Assembly: GCA_963762145.1 (NCBI GenBank)
Contig: CAVXJS010000009.1
Span: 32,001-96,000 of the forward strand
From: an uncultured Candidatus Rokubacteria bacterium
GTDB taxonomy: Bacteria; Methylomirabilota; Methylomirabilia; Rokubacteriales; CSP1-6
Length of the DNA: 64,000 nucleotides
Reading direction: 5' to 3'
In this document: positions 39,017 through 50,004 of the stretch, piece after piece
Numbering within the stretch: position 1 is the first letter of the stretch
How the letters are laid out: every line of letters starts with the position of its first letter
Program-made: the position numbers and the translations under genes
The notes under the pieces: model-generated
Database searches by the model: none
Told to the model about the DNA's origin: nothing
The model's input: only the letters and a program-made list of their open reading frames with translations

Positions 39017-39952
39017 TCAGGGCTTCGAGTAGGAGACGAAGAAGGAGCCGAACTCGATCGGCTCGAAGCAGTCGGGGAGCTTCCCGTGCCCCCACGTGCC
39101 CGGGATCTTCTGCACGTGGAAGTTCAGCTCGTGGCCGAAGCGCTGGTAGAGCTCGCCTTCGCTGAAGACGCGGCAGTGGTCGGCGTAGCCGTGGATGGGC
39201 GCGTAGTCCGGGATGGGGCCGATCGCCCGGAACTCGTGCATGGGCACCACGAAGCAGAAGCGGCCGCGAGGCCGCAGCACGGTCATGATCGAGCCGATGG
39301 TCTCGTCCACGTCGCGCACGTGCTCCAGCACCGCGAAGGAGTAGACCAGGTCGAACGAGGCCGGCGCGAAGGCCTGGTGGACCTCCTCGGCCAGCCCCTG
39401 CCGGAAGCGCGCGTTGCGGAAACGATTGAGCCGCGCCGCGATCTTCACGTTGGTGACGGCCACCTCGACGCCGTCCACCTCCATCTCCGGGTGGCGCGAG
39501 GCGAGCGCCATGGCCACGCCCCCCTCTCCGCTGCCCGCGTCCAGCACGCGGCGCGGCCGCACCGCCGCCACCTCCCGCTCGAGCGCCTGGAACTCGGGGT
39601 CCCGGCCGCGGCGCTCGATCATCTTGCGGGTCTTGCGCCCCAGCATCATGCGCAGGCGCTTCTCGATGAGCTTGAGCCCGCCGCGCCAGCGAAGGCGGCG
39701 GTACTGCTGGTCCTGGGCGGAGATGTAGGCCTCGCGGCTCGCGAGATGCGTCAGCCACGAGCGGATGCGCGCGGCCTGCTCGGCGTAGCGCGGGTGCGGA
39801 TGGGCCGCGTGGGCCGCTTCCAGCATCTCGAGCGCCCCGTAGATGTTCTCGCGATAGAGCTCGAAGCGGACGGCCTGGAGCGCTGCGTCCGGATCGCGAG
39901 GGTCGGCGCCGAGCCGCGCGAGGGGCCCCTCGGCGCCAGCGGACGCGGCCAT
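39017..39952 (-). CDS. Class I SAM-dependent methyltransferase with helical N-terminus
   Basis: VLDAGSGEG, FDLVYSFAVLEHV, LRPRG. Confidence 0.85.
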   Translation of the reverse strand: MAASAGAEGPLARLGADPRDPDAALQAVRFELYRENIYGALEMLEAAHAAHPHPRYAEQAARIRSWLTHLASREAYISAQDQQYRRLRWRGGLKLIEKRLRMMLGRKTRKMIERRGRDPEFQALEREVAAVRPRRVLDAGSGEGGVAMALASRHPEMEVDGVEVAVTNVKIAARLNRFRNARFRQGLAEEVHQAFAPASFDLVYSFAVLEHVRDVDETIGSIMTVLRPRGRFCFVVPMHEFRAIGPIPDYAPIHGYADHCRVFSEGELYQRFGHELNFHVQKIPGTWGHGKLPDCFEPIEFGSFFVSYSKP

Positions 39953-42900
39953 CAGTCGGCCGGCCGCGGGGTGAGGTCGGACACCACCGTACGTTTTCGG
40001 GCCGACCGCTCCCGGAGGCGCTCCAGGTAGAGGTAGATGACCGGCGTGATGTAGAGCGTCAGGAGCTGGGAGAGGATGAGCCCGCCGACCACCGCCAGGC
40101 CGAGGGACCGGCGGGCGTCGGCGCCGGCCCCGATCCCCACCGCGATCGGCAGCGTGCCCATGAGGGCCGCCATCGTCGTCATCATGATCGGACGGAAGCG
40201 CAGCAGGCAGCCCTGGTAGATCGCGTCGGCGGCGGGGCGGCCCTTGCGCTGCGCGTCGATGGCGAAGTCGATCATCATGATGGCGTTCTTCTTCACGATG
40301 CCGACCAGCATGATGATCCCGACGAAGCCGTAGAGGTTCAGCTCCTGATTGAAGAGGATGCAGGGTGAGCGAGCGCGCCCACCCCCGCCGACGGCAGCCC
40401 GGAGAGGATCGTGAGCGGGTGGATGAAGCTCTCGTAGAGGATGCCCAGGATCAGGTAGATGACGAGGACGGCGGCCAGGAGCAGCAGCCCCAGACCCTGC
40501 AGCGAGCGCTGGAAGGCCTGCACGGTGCCCTGGAAGCTCGTGCTGAGCGTGGCGGGCAGGCGTCAGATCGCGCTCCACCTTCTGGATCTCGGCCGACCGC
40601 GTCGCCCAGGGGCACGCTCGGCGGCAGGTTGAAGGACACGGTCACCGCCGGGAGCTGGCCCAGGTGGTTCACGGTGAGCGGGCCCACCGTGCGGGTCAGC
40701 TTGGCCACCGTGCCGAGCGGCACGAGCTTGCCGCCGGCGGACCGGATGTAGAGCAGCGAGAGCGCGGCGGGATCGCGCTGGTACTGCGGCAGCAGCTCCA
40801 TCATCACCCAGTACTGGTTGGTCGGGGTGTAGATGGTCGAGACCTGCGGCGAGCCGTAGGCGTTGTTGAGCGCGGCCTCGATCTGCATCGCGGTCACCCC
40901 GAGCGCGGCGGCCTTCTCGCGGTCGATCTCGACCAGCACCTGCGGGCTCGTGATCTGCAGGTCCGAGTTGACGTCGAGGAAGCCGGGCAGGCCCTTGCAT
41001 CCGCTCGAACAGGATCGGGGCCCAGTGGTAGAGGGTCTGCAGATCGGCGTCCTGGAGCGTGTACTGGTACTGGCCCTTGGTGAGCTGGCCGCCGATCCGG
41101 ATCGTCGGCAGCACCTGCGGATAGACGTTGATGCCCGGGATGCCGCGCGAGCTTCTGCCGCAGGTCCTTCACGATCTCGTCCGCGGTGGGCCGCTCGGAG
41201 GTGGGCTTGAGCCGCATGAAGATGCGGCCGGTGTTCATGACCACGCTCGAGCCGCTCGCCCCGATCGCCGGAGAAGAACGACGCCGACGTACGGCTGCTG
41301 GCCGCACGATGCCCGCCGCCTTGAGCTGGTGCTCCATCATGCCCTCGAAGGAGATGTCCTGCGCGGCCTCGGTGAACGCGAAGATCTGCCCGGTGTCCTC
41401 GTTGGGGATGAAGCCCTTGGGGATGATCACGAAGAGGTAGCCGGTCAGCACCAGCGGTGGCGAAGAAGATCGCCGAGGGTGAAGCGCGGGTGCCGCAGCG
41501 CGAGGCTGCAGCGAGCGCTCGTAGGCGGCGAGCATGCCCGTGAAGACGCGCTCGGAGGCCGCGTAGACGCGCCCGTGCGCCTCCCGCGGCGGCCGCAGGA
41601 AGCGGCTGCACAGCATCGGGGTGAGGGTCAGCGAGACGAAGCCGGAGACGATGACCGCGGCGCCGATCACCACCGCGAACTCGTGGAGCAGCCGGCCCAC
41701 GATGCCGCCCATGAAGAGCACGGGCAGGAACACCGCGGCGAGCGACGCGGTCATCGAGACGATGGTGAAGCCGATCTCGCGCGCGCCCTCGAGGGCCGCC
41801 TCCATCCGGCCCCTTCCCGTCCTCCATGTGGCGCACGATGTTCTCGAGCATCACGATCGCGTCGTCCACGACGAAGCCCACCGCCAGGGTCAGCGCCATC
41901 AGCGAGAGGTTGTCGATGGTGTAGCCGAGCACGTACATGACCATGAACGTGCCGACGATCGACATCGGCAGCGCGAGGCTCGGGATGACGGTGGCCGAGA
42001 CGTTGCGCAGGAACAGGAAGATCACCAGCACCACCAGCGCGATGGCGAGGAGCAGGGTGAACTGCACGTCGTGGACCGAGTCCCGGATCGAGACCGACCG
42101 GTCGTAGAGGATGTTCAGGTTCACCGCGGCCGGGAGCTGGGCCCGGAACGGCGGGCATGATCCGGTTGATCGCGTCCACCACCTCGATGGTGTTGGTGCC
42201 GGGCTGCTTCTGGATCGCCAGCACCACCGCGCGCTCGTCCTTGTACCAGGAGGCGACCTTGTCGGTCTGCACGCCGTCGATCACGCGCCCGAGCTGCTCG
42301 AGCCGCACCGGCGAGCCGTTGCGGTAGGCCACGATCAGCGGCCGGTACGCGGCGGCGGTGGTGAGCTGCCCGGTGGCCTGCACGCTGAAGGCCTGGTTCG
42401 GCCCCCAGAGCGTGCCGGTGGGCAGGTTCACGTTGCTGTCGGCGAGGGCCTTCTGCACCTCGTCGATGCCGATGCCGAGCGTGGCCATCGCGCTCGGATC
42501 GAGCTGGACCCGCACCGCGTACTTCTGCGAGCCGAAGATCCCGCACCTGGGCCACCCCGCTGATCGTCGAGATGCGCTGCGCGAGGATGGTCTGCGCGTA
42601 CTCGTCCACCACGTAGAGCGGCAGGGTCGGCGAGCTGAGCGCGAGATACAGGATCGGCTGGTCGGCCGGGTTGACCTTCTTGTACGACGGCGGCGTGGGC
42701 ATGCCCGGCGGCATCTGGGGCTGCGCGGCGGCGATCGCCGCCTGCACGTCCTGGGCCGCGGCGTCGATGTTCCGCTCGAGCGTGAACTGGATCGTGATCT
42801 GCGTCGATGCCGAGCGCGCTCGTCGAGGTCATCGAGTCGATGCCCGCGATGGTCGAGAACTGCTTCTCGAGCGGCGTCGCCACCGCGGAGGCCATGGTGT

Positions 42901-43068
42901 CGGGGCTCGCGCCGGGCAGGCTCGCGGTGACCTGGATCGTCGGGAAATCGACGTTGGGCAGATCGCTGACCGGCAGGAGCCGGTACGCCATGAGGCCGAA
43001 GACCAGGATGCGCGCGCCATCAGCAGCGTGGTCATGACCGGCCGCCGGATGAAGAGGTCGGTGCTCAC
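39952..43068 (-). CDS. RND efflux permease (MdtB/MdtC-like), multiple frameshifts
   Basis: [62 protein letters not shown]. Confidence 0.92.
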
Positions 43069-44277
43069 CCGCCGCTTCCCTTCCCGGGCGCCGCCGGGCT
43101 TGACCTCCACCCGCGTGCCCGGCGCCGAGCCGGAGCTGCCCGTCGGTCACCACCCGCTCCCCCGCGGCGAGTCCGCTCGTGATGACCACGTCACGGCCGT
43201 CGGCCGCGCCGGGCACCACCGGCCGCGCCTCCACCGTCTGGTCCGGCTTGACCACGAACACGTACTGCCCCTTCTGGCCGCTCTGCACCGCCTGCGACGG
43301 CACGACCACCGCGCCCACCTGCTTCGTCAGGTGAGGGCCACGTTGACGAACTGGCCCGGCCAGAGGGCGTTCTCGCTGTTCTCGAACGTGGCCTTGAGCT
43401 GGATCGTCCCGGTGCTCGGGTCCACCGTGTTGTTCATGAACGTGAGCTTGCCGCGCACGACGCCACCCGGCTGGCCGGCCACCTGCGCCTCCACCGGCAG
43501 GTCGCCCGCCGCCCGGTAGCGCTTGATCGCCTCGAGCTGCGCTTCCGGCACCGAGAAGGCCACGTAGATCGGGTGCACCCGGTTGATCACCACCATCGGG
43601 TTGCCGACGTCGTTGGCCTTGACCACGTTGCCCTGGTTCAGCAGCAGGTTGCCGGTGCGGCCGCCGATGGGCGCGCGGATCTCGGTGTAGCTGAGCTGCA
43701 CCCGCACGTTCTCCACCGCCGCCTCACCGGCGCGCGCCAGGGCCCGGGCGGTCTCCACCGCCGCGCGATCGGCGTCGATGGTGGCCTCGAGGGTGAGCGC
43801 CTTGGTGCGGATCTGGTCGTACTGCTCGCGCGCCACGAAGCCGCCCTCTACCAGCTTGCGGTAGCGCTGCTCGTCCACGCGGGCGTTCTCGAGCTGCGCG
43901 GTGTCTCGGGCCAGGTTGGCCTGGGCCGACATGACCGCGGCCTGGTGCTGGGCGAGCGTGGCCTGCGCCTGCAGGAGCGCGGACTGGAGCTGGCGCGGGT
44001 CGATGGTGAAGAGCAGGGCGCCCGCCGCCACCTCGTGCCCTTCCGCGAAGTGCACCTTCGTCACCTCGCCGTTGATCATGGACTGCACGCCGACCGTGTC
44101 GAGCGCCTGCACGTTGCCGATGGCCCGGATCTGGACCGGCACGTCGCGCTGCACTGCCTCGGTGGCCGTCACCGGCACCGCGGGCGGTGCGGCCTTCGCG
44201 GTGGCCGGATCCGTGCCCTTGTCGCAGCCCGCGAGGATGGGCGCGGTCAGCAGCAGCGCAGCCAGCAGGGCCCTCAT
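43065..44277 (-). CDS. RND periplasmic adaptor (MFP) lipoprotein, frameshifted
   Basis: LAGC lipobox, [38 protein letters not shown]. Confidence 0.92.
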
Positions 44278-44915
44278 GCCCGCCCGCCCGCCGGCCGCTT
44301 CGGGCTCAGCGCGTCGGAGAACTGCTGGAGAAACGCCGCCCGCTCCTTGTGGAAGACGGGGTCGGACGAGGAGCGACCCGTCACCATCCGCGTCACCTGC
44401 GGGAAGGCGAGCGGGTACGCGATCAGGCCGAGGATCGCCAGCAGCAAGTGGCCCGCGTCCAGGTCGGGCAGCAGGCCGCGGCGCTGACGATCACGCAGGT
44501 CGTCGAGCGCGCGCGAGAGCGACTCCTGCCGCTCGGCCTCCTGGATGACCGGACCCTCCCCGAGACCGAGCGCCTCCCACTGGGTGAGACGGATCCAGTC
44601 GCTGTCCTCGCAGGCCATCGCGAACCAGTAGCGAAGGCTCGCCCCCAGGTCAGAGGGCGCCTCGGTGATCCAGCCCGCGCGCTCGCGCAGCTTGCGGTCG
44701 AAGATCTCCCGGAAGAGATCTTCCTTGTTGCCGAAGTAGTGGTAGAGCATCCGCTTGTTGACCCGGGCCCGTCGGGCGATGCGCGCCACCCGCGCGCCCG
44801 CGAAGCCGTGCGCGGAGAACTCGGCGAGGGCCGCGGCCAGGATGCGATCACGCGTCCGCTGGGGATCGCGGACGGGTGGGCTGGGGGGGCGTTTGGAGGC
44901 GGCGACCGTCGGCAT
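44274..44915 (-). CDS. TetR/AcrR family regulator
   Basis: ILAAALAEFSAHGFAGARVARIARRARVNKRMLYHYFGNKEDL. Confidence 0.95.
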   Translation of the reverse strand: MPTVAASKRPPSPPVRDPQRTRDRILAAALAEFSAHGFAGARVARIARRARVNKRMLYHYFGNKEDLFREIFDRKLRERAGWITEAPSDLGASLRYWFAMACEDSDWIRLTQWEALGLGEGPVIQEAERQESLSRALDDLRDRQRRGLLPDLDAGHLLLAILGLIAYPLAFPQVTRMVTGRSSSDPVFHKERAAFLQQFSDALSPKRPAGGRA

Positions 44916-45008
44916 GGATCGAGTAGGCCAATAGTAACCGTCTGGATACTTTCGGGTCAAGCCCTCGCCTCCGGGGGAGGCCCTGGAGGGACCGCCGGGC
45001 GGAGGGCG

Positions 45009-45650
45009 CTAGCGGTGCCGGAAGCGCTGGCCGCGGCGCCGCGTCAGGGCGACGCCGCCGGCGGCGAGCGCGGTGATCAGAGCCAGCACCAGGGTGGCGG
45101 GCTCGGTCACCGAGGTGGGCCCCTCGCCCACGCCGACATCGTCGATAGCGAACGCCCCGGGCGCGGCCGCGGACAGGAGCCCGGTGAAGGTCACCGCCTG
45201 GAGGCTGGACCAGGTGCTCGGCACCGAGAAGTGGGCGAACCCGGGGAGGCTGCCGATGGCGTACGTGGCGCTCAGCATCCCGCCACCGACCCGGAACCCG
45301 GCGAGGCTCACCTGCTGGGCATTGGGCGAGCCGGGGGAGGGCGCGACGTAGAGTCCCGCGGCGTCGAAATCGTAGAGGAGGAAGGCGCCCCCGTCGGTGC
45401 GCGCCACCGTGATACCGGGCCCGGACGCCTCCTGCCCCAGATAGACGGCGGAAGCATTGCTCACCAGCGCCCCGCCGGGCGCGTCGATGGTGCGGAACGC
45501 GCCCGTGAAGCGATAGCCGTGCGTGTCGAGCATCGTCAGGGGCGGATTGCCGACGCTCATCACGTCGTCGAAGGTGACGTCGAGCGCGACGGCCGCCGAT
45601 CCCCATGCCGTCACAACCACCGCAACCAGCGTGCACGCGAGCGTTTTCAT
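45009..45650 (-). CDS. PEP-CTERM-like exported protein
   Basis: Signal peptide. C-terminal FAIDDV...VTEPATLVLAL-TM-RRR. Confidence 0.8.
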   Translation of the reverse strand: MKTLACTLVAVVVTAWGSAAVALDVTFDDVMSVGNPPLTMLDTHGYRFTGAFRTIDAPGGALVSNASAVYLGQEASGPGITVARTDGGAFLLYDFDAAGLYVAPSPGSPNAQQVSLAGFRVGGGMLSATYAIGSLPGFAHFSVPSTWSSLQAVTFTGLLSAAAPGAFAIDDVGVGEGPTSVTEPATLVLALITALAAGGVALTRRRGQRFRHR

Positions 45651-45684
45651 GTCGGCCCCCTCGGAAAAGGCGCTTCCCTCCGAG

Positions 45685-45699
45685 GCAAATCCCTTGCCA
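45685..45699 (-). promoter_or_regulatory. sigma54 -24/-12-like promoter
   Basis: TGGCAA-GGGAT-TTGC upstream of the PEP-CTERM-like gene. Confidence 0.6.
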
Positions 45700-45915
45700 C
45701 CACACGAACGCCGCAAGACGCCGCCACGACAGCGCGGGCGCGCCGCGCGGCGCGACGTCGAGCGTCGGCTGGACACGCGCGTGCGTGACAGTGTCAGCGC
45801 GCGCGCGGTGAGCCATCGCGCCGATTCTTGTCACCGCCCCCACGCGCGAGCGCGCGCGCGCCAGGCCGGTCGGGCAAATTAACTCTGACTCGTCTACACT
45901 TATCCGTGAACGCAC

Positions 45916-46371
45916 GTGCCCACTCAACCACGCCGCGACTCGACGTCCCGCCCGCCCCGCCGGCCCACGCCGCCGGCCCTGAATCTCTCCGGCATCGAGG
46001 CGGCGAGCCTGGTCAAGTTCGCCTACTTCACCGACGCGCCGCCTGCACCCGGCACGCTGCTCTTCACCGCGTTCCGCCGGAACATGCCGCCCGGCGTGAA
46101 GGAGGTCACCATCCGGAACCCGGTGACGTTTTTCTACGGCATCCAGCAGACGGGGGGCCTCCTGAACATCCAGGTACGGTGGATCAATCCGGACAGCGTG
46201 GTCACGCGGACCAGCGATCTGCCGATGGATCAATCACAGGAAGGCGCGCTCTGGACCTGGCAGGTGGACCGTCTCGAGAAGCGGGACCTCGGCCAGGCCG
46301 GGGTCTGGGTGGTGGAGCTTCTGATCTCGGGCCATCGGGTCGGCCGCTACCCGCTCCTGGTCCGCGCGTGA
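45916..46371 (+). CDS. Hypothetical protein (Ig-like beta pattern), start uncertain
   Basis: High-GC codon usage. VRWINPD, GVWVVELLISGHRVG. Confidence 0.6.
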   Translation: MPTQPRRDSTSRPPRRPTPPALNLSGIEAASLVKFAYFTDAPPAPGTLLFTAFRRNMPPGVKEVTIRNPVTFFYGIQQTGGLLNIQVRWINPDSVVTRTSDLPMDQSQEGALWTWQVDRLEKRDLGQAGVWVVELLISGHRVGRYPLLVRA

Positions 46372-46463
46372 GCTTTGCGTCTCCCCAGCCCTTTGCTAGA
46401 CTCGCGGAGGAATCGGACCAGAGCCATGCGAGCCTACAGCAGCCGGACCACCGGGGAGCCGCG

Positions 46464-46844
46464 ATGACGAAGACGGCGCTCGTCCTGATCGTCGAGGATG
46501 AGCCGGACGTGCGCGATCTCATCGCCGACGTGCTGGCCGAGAACGGCTATGAGATCGAGGTGGCTCCGGACGGCGCCGCGGCGCTTCAGCTCTCGGATCA
46601 GCGCCAGTACGATCTCATTCTCAGCGACCTCCGGATGCCCAAGATGGACGGCGCCGCGCTGTACTGGGCCCTCCAGCTTCGTCACGGCAGCGCGATGCCC
46701 CCGATGATCTATGTGACCGGTCAAGCCCATTCCCTCGACTACGCGGGCTTCCTCGCCGCCTCGCGGGTGCCCGTGCTCTCCAAGCCGTTCAGCCCCGAAG
46801 ACCTCCGCCAGGCGGTCCGCCAAGCTCTCGCCGGCAACAGCTAG
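46464..46844 (+). CDS. Single-domain response regulator (similar to 8547..8918)
   Basis: VLIVEDE...YDLILSDLRMPKMDGAALY...SKPF. Confidence 0.92.
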   Translation: MTKTALVLIVEDEPDVRDLIADVLAENGYEIEVAPDGAAALQLSDQRQYDLILSDLRMPKMDGAALYWALQLRHGSAMPPMIYVTGQAHSLDYAGFLAASRVPVLSKPFSPEDLRQAVRQALAGNS

Positions 46845-46986
46845 TCGCTCCGTTTCGAATCGTACGTGGCTATACGTATAGCAACATACTGATATATAAC
46901 GACATTTATCCCGTGATCGGGAAAAATTACAGACTCCTATACTGGAATTGTCCTAACTCTCCATAGCAGCCCGGAGGAGTCACTCA

Positions 46987-47382
46987 ATGCTTAGCGCCCT
47001 TCACCCTCGCAAGAAGTCGCAGCGCGGCTTCACGCTCATCGAGTTGATGATCGTCGTCGCCATCATCGGTATCCTCGCCGCCATCGCCATCCCGCTGTAC
47101 GCCAACGTCCAGGCGCGCGCGCGGCTGGCCAAGGCCCAGGCTGATGCCCGGGCCCTCGCGTCTGCCGTCAGCATCTACTCCGCTCACATGGGCACGCTCC
47201 CCGCGGCCCTGACCGATCTGTCCTCGGTGGTCACGAACTCGCTGGGTCAGTCGGGCGGTCCCTTCATGTCCTCGGTGCCCTCGGGTCCGTCTGGCTGGGG
47301 CACGTATGCCTACACCGCCAGCGCCTCCGGGACCTTCACCATCAGCAACAGCGGCGACAGCACCTCCGTCAGCGTGCCGTAG
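46987..47382 (+). CDS. pilA: Type IV pilin
   Basis: Class III signal QRG|FTLIELMIVVAIIGILAAIAIP. GGAGGAG RBS. Confidence 0.9.
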   Translation: MLSALHPRKKSQRGFTLIELMIVVAIIGILAAIAIPLYANVQARARLAKAQADARALASAVSIYSAHMGTLPAALTDLSSVVTNSLGQSGGPFMSSVPSGPSGWGTYAYTASASGTFTISNSGDSTSVSVP

Positions 47383-47408
47383 CCGCAGCACCCTACGCTC
47401 CTAAGGTC

Positions 47409-47441
47409 AAAAAAGGGCCCGTCCCGAAAGGGGCGGGCCCT
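47409..47441. terminator. Intrinsic terminator (U-tract on the minus strand)
   Basis: AAAAAAGGGCCCGTCCC-GAAA-GGGGCGGGCCCT. Confidence 0.8.
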
Positions 47442-47581
47442 GCTGCGTTCAAGGGGCGTGATAGCATGCCGCGGTGACCGGCCCTGTTCCCGCGGGTCCT
47501 CGGCGCGACCGCTGGTGGATGCGCATCGGCGACCTGGCGGTGCGCCTCGCCTGGAAGCTGCTGTGGAGCTGGAGGCGGTAG

Positions 47582-47626
47582 TGGTGAGCCGTCTCGGGAT
47601 CGAACCGAGGACCCCCTGATTAAAAG
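47582..47626 (-). repeat. att site: 45-bp duplicate of the tRNA-Lys 3' half
   Basis: Identical to 52492..52536 (TGGTGAGCCGTCTCGGGATCGAACCGAGGACCCCCTGATTAAAAG). Confidence 0.95.
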
Positions 47627-48194
47627 GCGTGCCGCGAGACGCACTCAGCAGCACCAGCAGGCCCCAGCACCGCATTCTGACGAGCTAGGCTCGTGAGCAT
47701 CCTGCGCCTTGGTCCGGCTCCGTGCGGCCACCTTTGGCACCAACTCGGCACCAACTCCGGCCGGCTCAGTCCGACTCGTCCCCTGATTGTCTACAGACGC
47801 GACTCTCGTACCCATTGTCCGACGCGGACTTACACAGCAGGTGCCAATCCCGGTGCCGGTCTCAGAACAACCGGAGAGGACACCCATTCGTGAGCTTGTC
47901 GGTCCAAGCAAGGGGTTGTAGGTGGAACGCTGATGGCCGCAGACTGAAACCGGCCGATAGCGGTCGCCGGGGCCCCCCTCCCGGGTCCCATCGGGAGCTT
48001 GGCCCTGCCCGTGAGTGCGTGCGCGGCTCGTGTGGCCAAATCGACAAATCGGACTGCACGCAGTTCCGAGCCTGCGAATTGAGAGCTGCAAATCTAACAA
48101 CCCCTCGGGGGTCATCCCGGGAGGCGGTGCGGTTCGCTGTCGTCAGCCTGACCTGCCCACGGCTGACTTCTAGGCTCGGCCTAGGAGGTGTGCG

Positions 48195-48479
48195 ATGAAG
48201 GAGAGCCGGATTCTTGTGATAGGTATGGCGCTGCTTTTCGCTGGCTGTGCATCTTCGTCACCGGACGCCGCCAAAGTCCGCGTCGTGGATGACGCGAAGC
48301 TCGTTAGCACCTGTCAGGTGCTCGGCACGGTGGCCGACAACGAGTTCGAGGACCTGCAAAAGAAGGCGGCTCGCCTGGGCGGGGATGTTGCCCTCATGAC
48401 ACCAGAGCGCAAGGCGAAGGGCGGCTACTTCGGGCTCCAAGACTACATGACCGCTGATGTGTACAGGTGCCGTCGGTGA
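48195..48479 (+). CDS. Small lipoprotein (DUF4156-like)
   Basis: AGGAGGT RBS, FAGC lipobox, CQVLGTV, AARLGGD, ADVYRC. Confidence 0.8.
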   Translation: MKESRILVIGMALLFAGCASSSPDAAKVRVVDDAKLVSTCQVLGTVADNEFEDLQKKAARLGGDVALMTPERKAKGGYFGLQDYMTADVYRCRR

Positions 48480-48656
48480 TCTTCTCCCGATAGTCTGACA
48501 CCAACAGGTCTAGGAGCCCTGAATCGGCAAATCCGCCGTGTAAGGGCACGCTGTCTCCTAAGGTGCTCACTTGACGAGCCGCCCGGCTCGCCCTACGCTG
48601 CCGCCGATGCCGGGCACGCCGCCCGTGCCCGCTCTCGCCCCGCTGAGGAGACTGAC

Positions 48657-48805
48657 ATGCCCGAGTTGCTTGCAGCCCTCGAAGCTTTCGTGCAGGAACA
48701 CCGCCGCTGCGGCGAGCTCGAGGCGGCGTGGATGATAGCCGAGTATGGAGGGCCTGCGATTGCGGAGCCGGGATCGTGCATTCGATCAAGCCCAGGCCGA
48801 ACTAG
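48657..48805 (+). CDS. ~49-aa HxxC...CxC microprotein, one frameshift
   Basis: GAGGAG RBS. FVQEHRRCGELE then GGVDDSRVWRACDCGAGIVH in a shifted frame. Confidence 0.55.
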
Positions 48806-49006
48806 ACCGACGAGGAGCGTGGGTTCTCCAGGCCGTAGTGGAGAGGCGAGAGCTTCTTAGGATTCGCAAGGGAATGAAAGTTGACCCAGGCCCAAATGGC
48901 GAGCCTGCTCCGTCTCCCCGTGGGGACAATCAGGAAGTTGGAGGCAAGATTGTCCGAGCGTTGATCGCCCGATAGGGTTCTGGCTCGTCAGAGAAACCGA
49001 CAAGGC

Positions 49007-49267
49007 TCAGGGCGTCGGCTGATCCTCGCGCGGCTCCATCGATGAGGATTCAGGAGCCTGCTCGTCCTCCCCCAGCAGAGCCGTCAACCGCTCTCGTAGT
49101 TCGGCCAGTCGCTTCTCTGCACGCCCTAGCTGCGACTGCTGCTGCTCGCGGCGGTCTTGGTTGTCTCCTGGCGTGGCGTCAAGGTCAAGCCGAAGGGCCT
49201 CGGTCAGGCCGAGTAGTTCGTCTCGCTCACGTTCCAGAGCTTCCCGTTCATTCCTTGGGGCGGGCAT
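49007..49267 (-). CDS. Small helical-hairpin protein
   Basis: DELLGLTEALRLDLDATP...AEKRLAELRERL. Paralog at 49688. Confidence 0.6.
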   Translation of the reverse strand: MPAPRNEREALERERDELLGLTEALRLDLDATPGDNQDRREQQQSQLGRAEKRLAELRERLTALLGEDEQAPESSSMEPREDQPTP

Positions 49268-49352
49268 GGGTAGCTACGAGTCGTGGAGAGTCGGAACGAC
49301 CGAGGAGCGGTTTACCAGCCGGTAGCTCCTTCTACCTGGCATCCCGGGTCGC

Positions 49353-49607
49353 CTATCGACCACGCCCGGCTGCCTCCGGCTTCAATGACCTGTTGCTTGA
49401 GCGCCCGCGTACCCTCGCGCCCTTCTTTGGTGTTGCTGACAAGTCCAGAGCCACAAGCTCTTCCCGCTTGCTTTGACGCCGTTTGGCCGTCGTGCTGCGA
49501 CGATCACCTGCCGCCGCAGCCGCAGCCGACCGCGTGGCCGGTCGCCGCTGAGCTTTCCGCTTCCGCGCCTTCGAGCGTGTACCTTCCTCTTTCGGGGTCG
49601 TGCCCAT
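49353..49607 (-). CDS. Lys/Arg-rich small protein
   Basis: GGAGGG RBS. MGTTPKEEGTRSKARKRKAQRR... Confidence 0.45.
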   Translation of the reverse strand: MGTTPKEEGTRSKARKRKAQRRPATRSAAAAAAGDRRSTTAKRRQSKREELVALDLSATPKKGARVRGRSSNRSLKPEAAGRGR

Positions 49608-49687
49608 GTGCGTCACCCTCCTGGCGGCTCGGACTTGCACAGGCTGTGCCGCCGAAGTCTGCGTAGCGGGTCTTTCTCCTGGCACGC

Positions 49688-49957
49688 TCAGGCATCCGGT
49701 GGCGACGCCAGCCTAGCGCGGAGATTGGCTGCTCGCCTCTCAACCAGCTTGATCTTCACCGCCAACATATTTTGGAGTTCGCGGTTCGCGTCAGGCGTAG
49801 CTGCGAGTTCATAGCGGAGGTGCGCGAGGACGGCACGGAGTTCCCGGAGTTCGTCGTCCCAGGCTTGCCGGTCGGACCGTTGGGGCCACATAGAGGAAAT
49901 GTTAACGCTAGGCTCAAGGGGACTTGCCTCTGTGGACACTTCCTGCCATGCGGTCAC
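49688..49957 (-). CDS. Small helical-hairpin protein (start uncertain)
   Basis: DELRELRAVLAHLRYELAATP...VERRAANLRARL. Confidence 0.55.
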   Translation of the reverse strand: MTAWQEVSTEASPLEPSVNISSMWPQRSDRQAWDDELRELRAVLAHLRYELAATPDANRELQNMLAVKIKLVERRAANLRARLASPPDA

Positions 49958-50004
49958 CGACTGCTGACGACGCTCCTAGCATCGCCCTCAGTAACAGAAG
50001 GCCC

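Noticed and set aside
39952-44277. RND genes as pseudogenes or programmed frameshifts
   Set aside because: Many scattered single-base indels with full-length intact motifs, also seen in opgC-like, hpnR and Ysc84 genes. Most simply sequencing errors; read data are needed to be sure.
47582-47626. Second tRNA-Lys gene
   Set aside because: Only the 3' 45 nt are present; the D-arm and 5' acceptor strand are missing. It is an att duplicate.
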